Source of the DNA: Micavibrio sp. UBA1850
Lineage (GTDB): Bacteria; Pseudomonadota; Alphaproteobacteria; Micavibrionales; Micavibrionaceae
NCBI GenBank assembly: GCA_002338525.1
Contig: DDIM01000006.1
Span: 15,315 to 79,314 of the forward strand
Reading direction: 5' to 3'
DNA: 64,000 nucleotides
This document shows, in pieces, positions 27,758 through 37,315 of this stretch. Under the pieces are notes generated by a model. It saw nothing but the letters and a program-made list of their open reading frames with translations. It searched no databases and had not been told where the DNA came from. The position numbers and the translations under genes were made by a program. Positions within the stretch are counted from its first letter, which is position 1, and every line of letters begins with the position of its first letter.

Positions 27758-28378
27758 ATGGAAACGATGATCCCTTCAATATTAGCCTCACTCGGTTTTG
27801 GATACATACTTGGCTCTATTCCTTTTGGTTTGGTGTTGTGTTTTCTGTTCGGCTATGGCGATGTAAGAAAAATTGGCTCTGGGAATATTGGCGCGACGAA
27901 CGTACTGCGCACAGGTAACAAGCTATTAGCTTTTCTTACTTTAGTCTTGGATAGTGGAAAGGGCGCCATTGCTGTTTTAATCGCAATATATCTTCTCTCA
28001 GATGTTGAGCCGCAAATACAACCCGCCCTTGTGGCACTTGGGGCTGTTTTGGGGCATAATTTCCCTGTTTGGCTCAAATTCAAAGGCGGTAAAGGTGTGG
28101 CAACAACGCTTGGGGCTATTCTTGCGCTATCGTGGCCTATAGGCTTGATGGTGTGTGTGACATGGTTATTGATCGCGCTGATATTTAAAATCTCATCTCT
28201 GGCAGCCCTCGTTGCGCTGGCCGCGGCACCGTGGTTTGCTTTGCTAACCGATGATAGTCGCTACGCATTCGTGCTGGGCTTACTAGCACTGCTTGCCTTT
28301 ATCCGTCACCGTGAAAACATAAAACGTTTGTTAAAGGGGCTGGAGAGCAAAATCTCGTTTAAAAAGGGCAAATCATGA
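27758..28378 (+). CDS. plsY: Glycerol-3-phosphate acyltransferase PlsY
   Basis: GSIPFG...GSGNIGATNVLRTG...HNFPVWLKFKGGKGVAT. Confidence 0.95.
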   Translation: METMIPSILASLGFGYILGSIPFGLVLCFLFGYGDVRKIGSGNIGATNVLRTGNKLLAFLTLVLDSGKGAIAVLIAIYLLSDVEPQIQPALVALGAVLGHNFPVWLKFKGGKGVATTLGAILALSWPIGLMVCVTWLLIALIFKISSLAALVALAAAPWFALLTDDSRYAFVLGLLALLAFIRHRENIKRLLKGLESKISFKKGKS

Positions 28379-29520
28379 GCGTTGCGCAAAAGGAGCGGAT
28401 CGCATGGTTAAGGTTGTATCGCAGTCCCAATGTGGGACCCATCACCTTTAAGCGTTTGATCGCTAAATTTGGTTCTGCCGAAAAAGCACTTGAGGCGCTT
28501 CCTGATATGGCGCTTCGCGGCGGAAAAAGTAAAACCCCTAAAACCCCTAAAGCCCCTAAAGTTTATACCGAAGAAGAGGCGCTTGCTGAAATTCGCGAAG
28601 TGAAAAAACTGGGGGGGCGCTTTTGTCTATCCTGTGATGATGATTATCCTGAAAGTCTTTTGGCAATTGAAGATACGCCTGCCGTGTTAACGCTTTTGGG
28701 GCGGGGCAAAATAGATGATATAAAGCCTAATATTGCAATTGTCGGGGCAAGGAATGCATCGATTAATGGCCGTAAATTCACTCATAAGTTAGCCAAACAA
28801 TTAGGCGAGAGCGGCGTGAATATCGTCTCGGGCCTTGCGCGTGGTATTGACAGCGCGGCTCATGAAGGGGCGTTAAATACAGGAACGTGGGCTGTTGTGG
28901 CGGGTGGAGCCGATGTTGTCTATCCCCGAGAAAATCAAGGGCTTTATGAAAAAATTCTAAAAGACGGTTTGATTATTTCTGAAAATAAATTAGGGACAAG
29001 TCCTGCGGCACATCATTTCCCGCGTAGAAACCGAATTGTGTCGGGGTTGTCATTGGGCACAGTGATTGTTGAGGCCAATACTAAATCAGGCTCGCTCATC
29101 ACTGCACGTATGGCCGCAGAACAGGGGCGTGATGTATACGCCGTGCCAGGCTTTCCAAACGACCCGCGCGCTGGTGGGCCTAACAAATTGTTACGAGATG
29201 GTGCTATACTGGTGGAAAGTGCCGAAGACATATTGTCTCAAATCGCAAGTCCTAAGATGATCCAACCGATTATGTTTGATGCGATAAATCAGCAAGAAGA
29301 ACTTGTCCAAGGTGTTGATTTAGATTGTGAAAAAAATACAGCTCTTGATGCTGATGATGTTGTCTCTATGTTGTCTCATGTGCCAATATCTGTTGACGAA
29401 ATCGTCAGGGCGTGTCATGTCAGCGTATCAGAAGTGCAATCTGTGTTATTAGATTTAGAGATTGCGGGTCGAGTTGAAAGACTGTCTGGTAATCGTATAG
29501 GATTGGTAGATGCGGGGTAA
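28375..29520 (+). CDS. dprA: DNA-processing protein DprA (Smf)
   Basis: IAIVGARNAS...SGLARGIDSAAHEGAL...FPRRNRIVSGLS...VVEA..KSGSLITA Rossmann-like DprA core, followed by a winged-helix-like C terminus. Confidence 0.9.
   Translation: MSVAQKERIAWLRLYRSPNVGPITFKRLIAKFGSAEKALEALPDMALRGGKSKTPKTPKAPKVYTEEEALAEIREVKKLGGRFCLSCDDDYPESLLAIEDTPAVLTLLGRGKIDDIKPNIAIVGARNASINGRKFTHKLAKQLGESGVNIVSGLARGIDSAAHEGALNTGTWAVVAGGADVVYPRENQGLYEKILKDGLIISENKLGTSPAAHHFPRRNRIVSGLSLGTVIVEANTKSGSLITARMAAEQGRDVYAVPGFPNDPRAGGPNKLLRDGAILVESAEDILSQIASPKMIQPIMFDAINQQEELVQGVDLDCEKNTALDADDVVSMLSHVPISVDEIVRACHVSVSEVQSVLLDLEIAGRVERLSGNRIGLVDAG
28531..28557 (+). repeat. In-frame 9-bp tandem repeat x3 (aaaacccct) inside dprA, encoding KTPKTPKAP
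   Basis: Read directly: aaaacccct aaaacccct aaagcccct. Confidence 0.9.
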
Positions 29521-29565
29521 AACAATGAAAATGTGTCCCGCAATATTTAAGGAAGTGAGTATATA

Positions 29566-32070
29566 GTGAGTGCGTCAAATGTTGTAATTGTTGAGTCGCC
29601 TTCAAAGGCAAAAACAATCAATAAATATCTTGGAAGTGACTATAAGGTTCTCGCTTCTATGGGGCATGTAAGAGATTTACCATCAAAAGATGGCTCAGTT
29701 GCCCCGGACGAAGATTTTGCCATGAAGTGGGAGGTCAGTGCCCGCGGTAAAAAAACGATGAAAGAAATTTCAGATGCCGTAAAAGGCGCAGACACTCTTT
29801 ATCTCGCGATGGACCCGGATCGCGAGGGAGAGGCGATTGCATGGCACGTTCATGACTTGTTAGAAAAGAAGAAATTATTAAAAGACAAAGCCGTACACCG
29901 CGTTGCTTTTAACCAGATCACGAAAAAAGCCGTTAATGAAGCCTTTGAAAAGGCGCGTGACGTTGATGCGTCATTGGTCGAAGCCTATCTTGCCCGCCGT
30001 GCGTTGGACTATCTGGTTGGGTTTAACTTGTCGCCTGTTCTATGGCGCAAATTACCAGGTTCAAAATCAGCAGGTCGTGTGCAGTCTGTTGCGCTACGCC
30101 TAATATGTGAGCGCGAGTCTGAAATTGAAAAATTTATCGTTGATGAATATTGGTCAGTAGAAGCCCAGCTTCAAACATCGTCAGGTGCACCATTTTTGGC
30201 GCGCTTGACACACTTGGCCGGTAATAAGCTTGATAAGCTTGATATCACGAATGAAGCAGACGCAAAGGCAGCTGTCGAAAGAATTAAAAACAAGTCATTA
30301 TCAGTTCAAAGCGTTACCAAAAAACAAACACAGCGCAAGCCATCTCCACCGTTTATTACATCGACATTGCAACAAGAGGCATCCAGAAAACTGAGAATGT
30401 CTGCCAGCCAGACGATGCGTATTGCGCAACAATTGTACGAAGGTGTTAGTCTTGGTGGTGAAACCGTTGGTTTGATCACATATATGAGAACGGACGGCAT
30501 CACGCTCTCAGGTGAAGCAATTGCGCAAGCCAGACAGGTCATTGGTAAAGAGTATGGCGATAATTATTTGCCAGAGTCTCCGCGCGCCTACAAAAGTAAG
30601 GCTAAAAACGCACAAGAGGCACACGAAGCCATTCGTCCAACAGATTTGTCTATCACGCCTAAGCAAGCACGCAAATTTTTAGATAAAGATCAGTTTGCGC
30701 TCTATGAGCTTATCTGGAAGCGGACAATTGCGTGCCAAATGGAAAATGCAATCATGGATCAGGTCAGCGCCGATATCTCTGATGGAACAGATGATGTTGT
30801 TTTGCGTGCGACAGGATCGACTGTAAAATTTGATGGATTTTTAACGCTTTATATCGAGAGTAACGATAATGAGGACGATGTAAAGTCAGCTGACGATGCG
30901 GATCGTCGTTTGCCGCCATTAATCGAAAATGACCCGTTAAAGACACTGTCTGTTACCCCTAATCAGCACTTCACGCAACCACCACCACGCTACACGGAGG
31001 CGTCATTAGTGAAGATTATGGAGGAAAAGGGGATTGGTCGTCCATCAACATATGCCTCTATTCTTCAAGTATTAAGAGACCGAAGCTATGTGAAAATGGA
31101 TGCGCGCCGATTTGTGCCAGAAGATCGTGGGCGTATTGTAACGGAATTTTTGAAACGCTTCTTCTCACGCTATGTCGATTATGATTTTACGGCGAATATG
31201 GAGCAGCAATTAGATGCGATCACCGAAGGCGAAGTGTCATGGAAGGATACCCTAAATTTGTTTTGGGTGGACTTTAAACGCGCGGTTGATGAAACAAAAG
31301 AGCTTCGCATTACAGAAGTGATTGATCATTTGAATGATGAATTGGCGATGCACTTCTTTCCTGTTTCAAAAGACAATCCAGAGCCTCGAAAATGCCCATC
31401 TTGTGACACGGGAGTTCTCTCATTAAAGCTCTCTAAAAATGGTGCTTTCATCGGATGTAACAATTATCCTGAGTGTAAGGAGACGCGTCCGCTGTCTGTA
31501 CAGGACGGAAGCGAGCCTGCACGTGTAGAGCCTTCGGAGCTAGGCGTTCATCCAGATACGGGACGGGCTGTATTTCTGAAATTAGGCCCGTACGGCCCCT
31601 ATGTTGAGATGTCTCCAGAAGAAGGCACGAAAGACAAGCCTAAGCGCCAAGGGTTGCCAAAGGGCATGGAGATGGCTGACGTGACATTAGAGGGTGCGGT
31701 AAAGCTTCTCGAGTTGCCTCGTGATGTCGGTCTTCACCCAGAAACGCAAAAAATGATTACAGCCGGTGTTGGTCGTTTTGGCCCCTTTGTGAAACACAAC
31801 AACGTTTTTGTGTCTATCCCGAAAAGCTCGGGCGAGGATGTGTTGACGATTGGTATCAACCGAGCGGTTGATCTTATTGCACAGCATGCAATTAAAAAGG
31901 CAGCAAAAGAAGCGGCAAAAGAAGCAGCAGGAGACGACGCAAAAGCCGACACGAAGAAAAAGGCGCCTGCGAAGAAGAAGTCAACGACTAAGAAAAAGAC
32001 TCCTGCGAAAAAGACTCCTGCGAAAAAGACTCCTGCGAAAAAGAAAACTACAACAAAGAAAAAGGCCTAA
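29566..32070 (+). CDS. topA: DNA topoisomerase I with Lys-rich C-terminal tail
   Basis: VVIVESPSKAKTI (Toprim), active-site region YMRTDG, one CPSC...CNNYPEC zinc ribbon, and the tail KKTPAKKTPAKKTPAKKK. GTG start. Confidence 0.97.
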   Translation: MSASNVVIVESPSKAKTINKYLGSDYKVLASMGHVRDLPSKDGSVAPDEDFAMKWEVSARGKKTMKEISDAVKGADTLYLAMDPDREGEAIAWHVHDLLEKKKLLKDKAVHRVAFNQITKKAVNEAFEKARDVDASLVEAYLARRALDYLVGFNLSPVLWRKLPGSKSAGRVQSVALRLICERESEIEKFIVDEYWSVEAQLQTSSGAPFLARLTHLAGNKLDKLDITNEADAKAAVERIKNKSLSVQSVTKKQTQRKPSPPFITSTLQQEASRKLRMSASQTMRIAQQLYEGVSLGGETVGLITYMRTDGITLSGEAIAQARQVIGKEYGDNYLPESPRAYKSKAKNAQEAHEAIRPTDLSITPKQARKFLDKDQFALYELIWKRTIACQMENAIMDQVSADISDGTDDVVLRATGSTVKFDGFLTLYIESNDNEDDVKSADDADRRLPPLIENDPLKTLSVTPNQHFTQPPPRYTEASLVKIMEEKGIGRPSTYASILQVLRDRSYVKMDARRFVPEDRGRIVTEFLKRFFSRYVDYDFTANMEQQLDAITEGEVSWKDTLNLFWVDFKRAVDETKELRITEVIDHLNDELAMHFFPVSKDNPEPRKCPSCDTGVLSLKLSKNGAFIGCNNYPECKETRPLSVQDGSEPARVEPSELGVHPDTGRAVFLKLGPYGPYVEMSPEEGTKDKPKRQGLPKGMEMADVTLEGAVKLLELPRDVGLHPETQKMITAGVGRFGPFVKHNNVFVSIPKSSGEDVLTIGINRAVDLIAQHAIKKAAKEAAKEAAGDDAKADTKKKAPAKKKSTTKKKTPAKKTPAKKTPAKKKTTTKKKA
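31996..32040 (+). repeat. Perfect 15-bp tandem repeat x3 (aagactcctgcgaaa) in the topA 3' end
   Basis: Three identical units at 31996-32010, 32011-32025 and 32026-32040, encoding (KTPAK)3. Confidence 0.95.
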
Positions 32071-34353
32071 ATGCCCATACCTTCACAAGACGACCTTCTC
32101 GACTACATAAAAGCGATAAAAGAACCTGTTTCGAAGCGAGACCTTGTGAAAGCCTTTGGTGTGAAGGGTGATGAAAGACGCCCGTTCAAGGCGTTATTGT
32201 CACAACTAGAAAAGGCAGGGTTAGTGATACGCCAGCCGGGTCAGATGTATAACATTCCCGAAGGCTTGCCGGCTGTGACAATCATCGAAGTTGTAGCACT
32301 AACTAAAGAAGGGGATGTGCTGGCTGAGCCTGTTGAGGGCGCGCAAAGCGTGGGAAAGCCTCGAATAGAGGTGCTTCATGATAGTAAAAAAGGCGCCGCT
32401 CTTGGTATAGGGGATCGTGCGTTGGCGCGTCTCACGCGAGATGGAAATGACGGGTATAGAGCCCGCGTTATAAAGCGTATTGAAAAATCCAAAGTCAAAA
32501 CCATTATGGGTTTGGTAGTGCGTCAGGCTAAAAACTGTGTGCTTCGTCCAACAGACAAGCGTGCCCGTCATGATTTTGACATTCACCAAACTGACTTAAA
32601 CGGCGCCAAAGACGGCGACTTTGCAATTGCTGAATTGCTCCCATCACGGGGTATGAAAAACAAGCGTGTAAAAATCATTAAAATTTTGGGGCAAGAAAAT
32701 GACCCAAGCGCAATTTCGCTTATTTCTCTTGCAGAAAATGATTTGCGGGTTGAATTTCCTCAATCTGTGATAAAAGAGACCGAAGGCATGACGGTGCCTG
32801 ATCTTGGCAAGCGTGAAGATTTGCGTGATATGCCTTTGGTTACAATTGATGGCGCAGATTCTCGAGATTTTGATGACGCTGTGTTTGCGGAAAAGACAAG
32901 CGATGGGTTTCATTTGGTTGTTGCGATTGCCGATGTTGCCTATTATGTGAGGCCGGGCTCAGCATTGGATAAAGAGGCGTGGACACGCGGAAACTCGACA
33001 TATTTCCCCGATCGTGTTCTACCGATGTTGCCAGAGGCGCTTTCAAATGTCTTGTGTTCTCTTATGCCTCACGTCGAGCGTGCCTGTATGGCTATTCATA
33101 TGTGGATCGACGACAAGGGCGCGTTAAAGGATCATAAGGTGACGCGCGGGCTCATGAGATCGCATGCACGGCTCACGTATGAACAGGTGCAAGCCGCGCA
33201 TGATGGGCAGGTTGATGATGTGACTGACACATTAATGGATGATGTCATAAACCCGTTATATGATGCTTATAAAGTTTTGTTAAAGGCACGTCAGAGGCGC
33301 GGGGCATTAGACCTTGATATGCCAGAGCGCCAAATCCTGATTGATGATAAAGGGATCATGACGGGGGTTAAGCCTCGCTCGCGTGTGGACAGCCACAAAT
33401 TGATCGAAGAGTTTATGGTGCTTGCCAATGTGGCCGCTGCGACCGCACTAGAGGCTAAGCGAGCCCCTTGCATGTACCGTGTGCATGACACACCCAAATC
33501 TGAAAAGCTTGATTATTCTCGTGACTTCTTAGAGAGTTTTGGTCTGACCCTGCCGCCGACTGTCTCTCAACCAAAACAACTTAATCATCTTCTGACGAAA
33601 GCCAAAGAGCATGAATACTCTCACTTAATCAGTGAGATGATTTTAAGAACACAGTCTCAAGCGATTTACTCTCCGCAAAATATTGGGCATTTTGGATTGG
33701 CGTTAGAGCGTTATGCCCACTTCACATCACCCATCCGCCGTTATGCGGATCTCATCGTGCATAGAAGCCTCATTCGCGCCTATGGTTTAGGTGAAGGTGG
33801 GTTAAGCGACGGAGAGGTTGCGCGTATTGAGGATACAGCAGAACATATTTCAACGACCGAGCGTGCCTCTGCAAACGCAGAGCGAAGCGCCGTTGACCGT
33901 TTTACCGCGTCCTTTTTGGAAAGCAAGGTTGGGGCGCAATTTTCTGGGCGCATTAGCGGCGTTGCGAAGTTCGGGTTATTTATCCGTCTTGATGAAACAG
34001 GGGCAGACGGGCTTGTGCCTGTCAGAACGCTGGGAAGTGATTATTTCGTACACGATGAAGAAGAACACGCCCTGATCGGGAGAAAAAGCAAAAAAGTCTA
34101 CCGCCTCGGCGCGCCGGTGACGATCGTTGTGCGAGAAGCTGATATGATGACGGGAAGCACAATCTTTGAGATTATCAATGATAAAAACGGCGCCGATATT
34201 GAAGGGTTTGAAAGTAAGAACAAGCGCTCTCGTGTTGGGCGAAAAAAACCACCCAAGATGAGCGGTAAAGATAAATCGTTTAAGAAGGAGAAAGCGGGCG
34301 TAAAAAAGCCGTTTAAAGGAAAGAAAAAAGGCGCACCGAAAAAGAAACGCTAG
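32071..34353 (+). CDS. rnr: Ribonuclease R
   Basis: RNB domain motifs (TIDGADSRDFDDAV, YFPDRVLPMLP, HFGLALERYAHFTSPIRRYADLIVHR), an S1 domain (GRISGVAKFGLFIRL) and a Lys-rich tail. The ATG directly abuts the topA stop. Confidence 0.95.
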   Translation: MPIPSQDDLLDYIKAIKEPVSKRDLVKAFGVKGDERRPFKALLSQLEKAGLVIRQPGQMYNIPEGLPAVTIIEVVALTKEGDVLAEPVEGAQSVGKPRIEVLHDSKKGAALGIGDRALARLTRDGNDGYRARVIKRIEKSKVKTIMGLVVRQAKNCVLRPTDKRARHDFDIHQTDLNGAKDGDFAIAELLPSRGMKNKRVKIIKILGQENDPSAISLISLAENDLRVEFPQSVIKETEGMTVPDLGKREDLRDMPLVTIDGADSRDFDDAVFAEKTSDGFHLVVAIADVAYYVRPGSALDKEAWTRGNSTYFPDRVLPMLPEALSNVLCSLMPHVERACMAIHMWIDDKGALKDHKVTRGLMRSHARLTYEQVQAAHDGQVDDVTDTLMDDVINPLYDAYKVLLKARQRRGALDLDMPERQILIDDKGIMTGVKPRSRVDSHKLIEEFMVLANVAAATALEAKRAPCMYRVHDTPKSEKLDYSRDFLESFGLTLPPTVSQPKQLNHLLTKAKEHEYSHLISEMILRTQSQAIYSPQNIGHFGLALERYAHFTSPIRRYADLIVHRSLIRAYGLGEGGLSDGEVARIEDTAEHISTTERASANAERSAVDRFTASFLESKVGAQFSGRISGVAKFGLFIRLDETGADGLVPVRTLGSDYFVHDEEEHALIGRKSKKVYRLGAPVTIVVREADMMTGSTIFEIINDKNGADIEGFESKNKRSRVGRKKPPKMSGKDKSFKKEKAGVKKPFKGKKKGAPKKKR

Positions 34354-34369
34354 TCTTGCACGCTTTTGC

Positions 34370-34397
34370 TTGACATTATTTGAAAAAAAGTTATTTT
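34370..34397 (+). promoter_or_regulatory. Candidate sigma-70 promoter for rpmG (-35 TTGACA, 16-bp spacer, -10 TATTTT)
   Basis: TTGACA at 34370-34375 and TATTTT at 34392-34397, ~45 nt upstream of the rpmG ATG. Confidence 0.4.
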
Positions 34398-34441
34398 CTG
34401 CACTCGTTTCTATAAGAATTGAAAGATTAAAGGTTTTAACA

Positions 34442-34669
34442 ATGGCTAAAAAAGGTCCAATTACAAAGATTCGCTTGGTAAGCACAGGTAAAAATGTGAA
34501 AGGCGAGCCAACAGGTTACACATATTATATTTCTAAAAACCCACGTAATATCACGGAAAAAATGAAATTCCGTAAATATGACCCTCGTGCGGTGCACCCT
34601 GATACAGGTAAAGTTGGATGTCACGTTTCTTTCGAAGAAAAGAAAATGCCTCCACATAAGAAAAACTAA
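34442..34669 (+). CDS. rpmG: Ribosomal protein L33, unusually long (75 aa)
   Basis: MAKK...IRLVSTG...YYISKNPRNITEKMKFRKYDP...HVSFEEKK follows the L33 pattern, but with two internal insertions and a C-terminal extension. Confidence 0.75.
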   Translation: MAKKGPITKIRLVSTGKNVKGEPTGYTYYISKNPRNITEKMKFRKYDPRAVHPDTGKVGCHVSFEEKKMPPHKKN

Positions 34670-34698
34670 TATCGTTTTATATTTTCTAGAATTTAAAA

Positions 34699-34722
34699 GC
34701 CTCTGTTTCAGGGGCTTTTTTT
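34699..34722 (+). terminator. Rho-independent terminator after rpmG
   Basis: GCCTCTG-TTT-CAGGGGC hairpin (one G-U pair) followed by T7. Confidence 0.6.
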
Positions 34723-34800
34723 ATATGCGCGTAAAATACATCAAATTTTAACTAAGCTTTGATATCCTCTTAAATTAGAGGTTTTTAATGGGGGTTTATA

Positions 34801-35220
34801 ATGGAATTATTTAAATTGTTGCTTGTTCCTAGTTTATTATGCGGTGTATCCGCATTTATATTAGGGTTTTTATGGTATCATCCAAAGATCATGGGGGAGA
34901 AGTGGCGCTGCGCGAGGCGTGAGGAGGCTGCGGAGCGCCGTAAATCATACAGCACACTTCCATTTTCATTAAATTTTCTGCTTTGGATTATTGCAGGATT
35001 TTTCTATTCATTTATCGCAATGACATTTGAAGTGAGGGATTTTAACGACTTAATTGCACTATCTTGTCTGCTGTGGGTTGGGTTTGCGATGCCGCCTGTG
35101 GTCATGGGAGCCTTTTACATTGGTGCTCCTTTCAAGGCGGCGGCAATCGATAGTGGGTATCAACTTGCAGGATATTATTTATTTGCCGTTGTCTATTACG
35201 GCTCAATTGCGATTATTTAA
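34801..35220 (+). CDS. DUF1761-like small membrane protein
   Basis: 139 aa, 4 TM helices. The N terminus ...FILGFLWYHPKIMGEKW resembles the DUF1761 family. Confidence 0.45.
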   Translation: MELFKLLLVPSLLCGVSAFILGFLWYHPKIMGEKWRCARREEAAERRKSYSTLPFSLNFLLWIIAGFFYSFIAMTFEVRDFNDLIALSCLLWVGFAMPPVVMGAFYIGAPFKAAAIDSGYQLAGYYLFAVVYYGSIAII

Positions 35221-35860
35221 AAGTCTCTCGGTCTTCTTTAAGTAGAACACGAATATGGGTTTTGCCCTGCGTCTCTTCGTACTTCTCGTAGTATTGCTGG
35301 TGGTAGTCTTCTGCTAGCCAAAATTTATGATCTTGAGCGCTTTGTAGGGTTGTGACAATCGGTGTGTCGTCATAATAATCTGACGCATTGACCTCTTTAA
35401 TGGCCTCTTCGGCGGCTTGTTTTTCTTCCTCCGAGCTGTAGAAGATGGCGGACCGATACTGTGTCCCAACGTCGACCCCTTGACGGTTAAGCTGTGTCGC
35501 GTCATGTCCTTTTGTTAGAAAGAAAATAACGAGATCTTTATAGGAGATGATGTCTGGGTCATATGTGATGGCGACGACTTCTGCGTGTCCCGTGTTACCT
35601 GTGGTGACTTGCTCGTATGTAGGCATCTCAACGTGACCGCCCTGATAGCCTGATGCAGTGAAGACAACGCCTTCCAATGCTCTAACCTGACTTTCCAAAC
35701 ACCAAAAGCACCCGCCGCCTAAATAGGCGGTAGGGAGGTTGTCGGGATTTTGCGTTTTAATGGTTGAGCTTAATGGCATGCTGGCTCCTTTTTTTGTAAT
35801 TGTAGTGTATATAAAAACAGCTGTGACGGATAAAATGGCAACTAAAATAATTTTCATCAT
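35213..35860 (-). CDS. msrA: Peptide methionine (S)-S-oxide reductase MsrA with N-terminal membrane anchor or signal
   Basis: GGGCFWCLES active site, GYQGGH, and GHAEVV..YDP. Confidence 0.92.
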   Translation of the reverse strand: MMKIILVAILSVTAVFIYTTITKKGASMPLSSTIKTQNPDNLPTAYLGGGCFWCLESQVRALEGVVFTASGYQGGHVEMPTYEQVTTGNTGHAEVVAITYDPDIISYKDLVIFFLTKGHDATQLNRQGVDVGTQYRSAIFYSSEEEKQAAEEAIKEVNASDYYDDTPIVTTLQSAQDHKFWLAEDYHQQYYEKYEETQGKTHIRVLLKEDRETFK

Positions 35861-35906
35861 GTATAAGTATATCTCCTTATAGAATTATTCGTCTAAGCTG
35901 GGTAAA

Positions 35907-36611
35907 ATGTTACATATGGATATAATTAAGAAAAAATCACCTAACTTCAATGACCGTGTCGGCGACGCTAAGCCTGACTACATCGTTCTACACTATACCG
36001 GTACAAAAGACGCACAGGAGGCTTGTGAGGCGTATATGGACAGCAGCGTGGCGCTAAGTCCGCATTATATGGTTGATGTCGATGGTACGATTACACAATT
36101 TGTAGATGAAGACAAAAGGGCGTGGCATGCAGGCAAATCGTCTTGGGGTGGATGCGAAGATATGAACTCAGCCTCTATCGGCATTGAAATTGTTAATGGT
36201 GGACACGCCCACGGCCTTCCCGAATATCCAGCAGACCAAATTGAGGCGTTAATTACATTATGTAAGGATGTAATTGCGCGTCACGATATACCCCCTCTTA
36301 ATATCTTGGGGCATTCCGACATATCAACGGGGCGAAAAGTTGACCCAGGCGAAAATTTTCCATGGGAATATTTAGCGGATAATGGGGTTGGGTTTTGGCC
36401 GCACCCTGATGAAGATGATTATAAAGCCAATATCGGCGTGCGTTCAGGCCTGTTGGGGTTAGGTTATTCGTCTCAGTGCGAGGATGTTGTCCTGATTAGA
36501 GAGTTTCAGCGCCGATATCAACCTGAAATCTTCCATAAAAATGCAACCAATGTCGTTTGTGAATATACGCATGCATTGGTAAATGCGCTTTTGCGAGAAA
36601 AACATAGATAA
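35907..36611 (+). CDS. N-acetylmuramoyl-L-alanine amidase, AmpD / amidase_2 family
   Basis: SPNFNDR...IVLHYTGT...AWHAGKSSW...IGIEIVN...LGHSDI...RKVDPGENFPW. Confidence 0.85.
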   Translation: MLHMDIIKKKSPNFNDRVGDAKPDYIVLHYTGTKDAQEACEAYMDSSVALSPHYMVDVDGTITQFVDEDKRAWHAGKSSWGGCEDMNSASIGIEIVNGGHAHGLPEYPADQIEALITLCKDVIARHDIPPLNILGHSDISTGRKVDPGENFPWEYLADNGVGFWPHPDEDDYKANIGVRSGLLGLGYSSQCEDVVLIREFQRRYQPEIFHKNATNVVCEYTHALVNALLREKHR

Positions 36612-36640
36612 GTTTTTTATAATTTGGCATAGTGCCTCTC

Positions 36641-36976
<336 letters not shown>

Positions 36977-36982
36977 ATTTTA

Positions 36983-37210
36983 TTATTTTGAGAGGTTTGC
37001 GTAAACAAACGCCTCATCACGGCGCGCCCATAAAATTTGGTTTGCAGCATTTCCATCTTCAATAGATTGCTTTTGCTCTTCGCTCATGCTGGCGTTAGAG
37101 TTTGTCAGCTTTGCCGCTAAAAATGATGCAGAAGCGCTCGTTCCTTCAGCGACTTTTTGTGAAAGCGTATCTTCGTCCATGCCGAAAAATTTGTGATCAG
37201 TAAAATCCAT
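36983..37210 (-). CDS. Hypothetical small acidic protein (75 aa)
   Basis: ORF only. No motif recognised. Confidence 0.3.
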   Translation of the reverse strand: MDFTDHKFFGMDEDTLSQKVAEGTSASASFLAAKLTNSNASMSEEQKQSIEDGNAANQILWARRDEAFVYANLSK

Positions 37211-37315
37211 TGTTATCTCCTAATAATTATGAAAAATAAAATTACATAAAAAACTTGGCGATGTCAAGAAAATCTTGTGTGTAGAATTGTTGTAAAATGA
37301 CTCATTAAATTGACT

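Noticed and set aside
31850-32110. 86-aa alternative-frame ORF (RKR-rich) over the topA tail
   Set aside because: It is a frame-shifted reading of the Lys-rich repeat region. It has no independent support and lies inside topA.
33976-34485. 169-aa minus-strand ORF across the rnr 3' end and the rpmG start
   Set aside because: It is the reverse complement of the Lys-rich RNase R tail and gives Phe/Leu-rich nonsense. It also overlaps two well-supported genes.
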